From assembly GCA_963663035.1 (NCBI GenBank), contig OY760074.1, positions 1,952,001 through 2,016,000 on the forward strand: 64,000 bases of DNA, written 5' to 3'. Below, piece by piece: positions 61,822 to 64,000 of this stretch. Source of the DNA: Acidobacteriota bacterium. GTDB lineage: Bacteria > Acidobacteriota > UBA6911 > RPQK01 > JADFOI01. Below the pieces are notes generated by a model, which did not search any database, was not told where the DNA came from, and saw only the letters and a list, made by a program, of their open reading frames with translations. Numbering within the stretch: the stretch's first letter is position 1; each line of letters opens with the position of its first letter. Both the position numbers and the translations under genes were made by a program.

Positions 61822-64000
61822 GCCGAGACTGTCCCGCGACGTGCCTGTCGGCGTCTGATTCCACAACGTGATTGTGATTCGCTGTTAGTCCTCGCAGATT
61901 GTAAATGGCGAGTAGGGAGAACAGGTAAGACAGCGTCGATTCCGCGCCCTGATTTTCATTGACACCTTCGCTCGTGAGCCCATCGCGGCATCCGCCGCCG
62001 GCATGATCGTAAAGTTTGATTTGTTGATCGTTCTTTCCCAGAAACCAGTTGAAGCAGGTTGATGCCAGCTGAGTCCATTCGTCACGCTGCGTGCATTCAT
62101 AGGCTTCGATACTGGCGCCGATCATGGAAGCTGCTTCAAGAGGCTGTTGATCGTATCGCGCTTTGCTACCAGATTTCTGGAACCAACCTTTATTTCCAAC
62201 TGGTGCGAACCTGACCTGCCCCCACGAACGAGTCCACCCTCTATGCTAGACCCGGGACCATTTGAAGTCCACTCCAAGGGATTGGATCCAGTGCCTGCGA
62301 CCTAGGTAGTTTGGCCTCTGGCGCCGGCGGCCGATAGGCCAAGGCGCTGTGAGGCCGGATCTGATTGTAATCCCTCCGCCAGCGTTCTACCAACACCTTG
62401 GCTTCCCCCAGCGTGTCGAAGATCTCCATGTTCAGCAGCTCATCCCGTAGTTTCCCGTTGAAACTCTCAATGTACCCATTCTCCCAGGGGCTGCCCGGCT
62501 CGATGTACAAGGTCCTTACCCCAACAGCCTGCAGCCAGTCCCGGACCGCCTGTGCCGTAAACTCCGATCCGTTATCGGACCGGATAAACTCAGGCACTCC
62601 CCGATCAACGAATAACTCCGCCAGCCGGTCCAACACGTCTTGGTGATTCATCTGCCGTTTCACATCAATGGCGAGGCACTCTCTGGTGTACTCATCCAGG
62701 ATCGTCAATAGCCGAAAGGCTCGCCCATCATGGGTCCGTTCATGCACGAAATCATAGCTCCAGACGTGGTTCTTGCGAGCCGCTCGTAACCGAACACAGG
62801 AACCGTCATTAAGCCACAGCCTCCTTCGTTTCGGCTGTCTGGACGGGACTTTCAGCCCTTCTTGTCTCCACAGCCTCTCCACCCGCTTAGGATTCACCTT
62901 CCACCCTTCCCCATGAAGTATCGCCGTGACCCGCCGGTAGCCATAACGCCCGTATTGCGTAGCCAACTCCACCATCCGGGCCACCAATCGGGCCTCATCA
63001 TCGGGAATTTGCCTTTCCCTTCGCTGGGTCGATCGAACCTGTCCCAGCACTTGGCAGGCCCGACGTTCGGAGACTCGCTCTGCTCCTAATCGCTCTCGTA
63101 CCCACATCACCGCTCGTCTCCTGTTCGCCGGGCCTAGAAGTTTCCCGAGGACACTTCCTTCAGGATCTGCTTGTCCAAAGACAGATCCGCCACCAGCTTC
63201 TTCAACCGGGTATTCTCCTTCTCCAACACCTTCAACCTCTTGGCCTGGTCCAACCGGAGCCCTCCGTACTCTTTGCGCCACCGGTAGTAGGTCTGCTCGC
63301 TCACCCCCATCTGCTTCGACACCTGTCCCACCCTCTGTCCTTGGGCCAGACCCACCTCTGCCTCACGCAGCTTCATGATGATCTGTTCTGCCCTAAACCG
63401 CTTCCCTGCCATCCTTGCCTCCTTCCTAAACCGGAAATCCTAACATTCAAACTGGACTCGTTTTAGGGGGCAAGGTCAAACCATCCGCCAGACGGATCGA
63501 GCTGGATGTCTCTTAACCATTCGAGTACATCGATACCGGTCTTCACCATGTCATCATCGTTGGTAACGCGACCACAGGCCATCAGCGCTTCGGGCAGGCG
63601 TGCATTGTCGTAGGTCAGCATCGATTCGTACCATTGCCAGTCTTTGGTAGCGTACTGCCTGAAACGGGCCAGGAGTCTGTCGCCCAGCGATTTGATCAGC
63701 TCACGAACCTGGTGGTTATTGTCATTCCTGCGGAGGTACGCCTGCATTCCAAGGATAGGGAATGCAATAGCGCGGGAATGCGAAAAGTCCTCCAGCGCTG
63801 GCAGCGCGTCGTGAAAGATCTTCGTAGCGAGAGCGACTTGACCGGAGTTATGCCCCCAGCCAGCCATCACGCCCAGGGCCCAACACGCCCGTCCGTGAGA
63901 ATCTTCGGATCCAGTGGCGTCCTGCCATTTGCGCTCGTAAGACATGAAATTACGAAATCGCCCAGTCTCTGGATTGAAACCATCATTTAGAAAACTGAGA
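61805..64000 (-). pseudogene. C-terminal helical domain of a probable GT4-fusion protein, split by IS3 copy 2; 5' end outside window
   Basis: RFRNFMSY, SEDSHGRA.WALG, W.W.E..LTYDNARL, then GGWF|IS|APVGNKGW..DQQPLEA, WFLG.N, GGC.DGL...N.NQGAESTL. Confidence 0.8.
62212..63478 (-). mobile_element. IS3-family element copy 2 (1267 bp) with AACC target duplication
   Basis: Appears identical to copy 1; AACC at 62208-62211 and 63479-63482. Confidence 0.95.

Noticed and set aside
53691-63478. Composite transposon bounded by the two IS3 copies (AAC left of copy 1 and right of copy 2)
   Set aside because: Copy 2 has its own AACC duplication and one gene continues across it, so it inserted independently.

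Overview
Bacterial chromosome segment; gene content suggests Acidobacteriota (inference only). The first ~30 kb is housekeeping: murU/amgK-like pair, asnS, folD, an orphan UpxY-type NusG paralog, secA, guaB, trpEGDCFBA followed by chorismate mutase and DAHP synthase, rho, tig-clpP-clpX-lon-engB, a membrane adenylate cyclase/TPR/degenerate HD-GYP fusion and tRNA-Lys(CTT). The remainder is accessory and partly decaying: fetAB, polysaccharide/sulfation genes, an IS1380, two apparently identical IS3 copies, an integrase pseudogene, an FHA-cyclase/PP2C/giant repeat kinase module and a GT4/GH130 cluster. The strongest signals missing from the ORF track are: (1) a complete attenuator whose 22-aa leader has seven consecutive aromatic codons (FYFFYWW), upstream of chorismate mutase-aroF; (2) a second, single-Trp attenuator upstream of trpE; (3) three copies of a TA-flanked hairpin MITE whose ends resemble those of the resident IS1380; (4) a 36-aa internally deleted HU/IHF gene with intact expression signals; (5) -10 boxes sitting just before start codons, suggesting leaderless mRNAs. 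All calls come from reading the sequence; no searches or folding programs were run.
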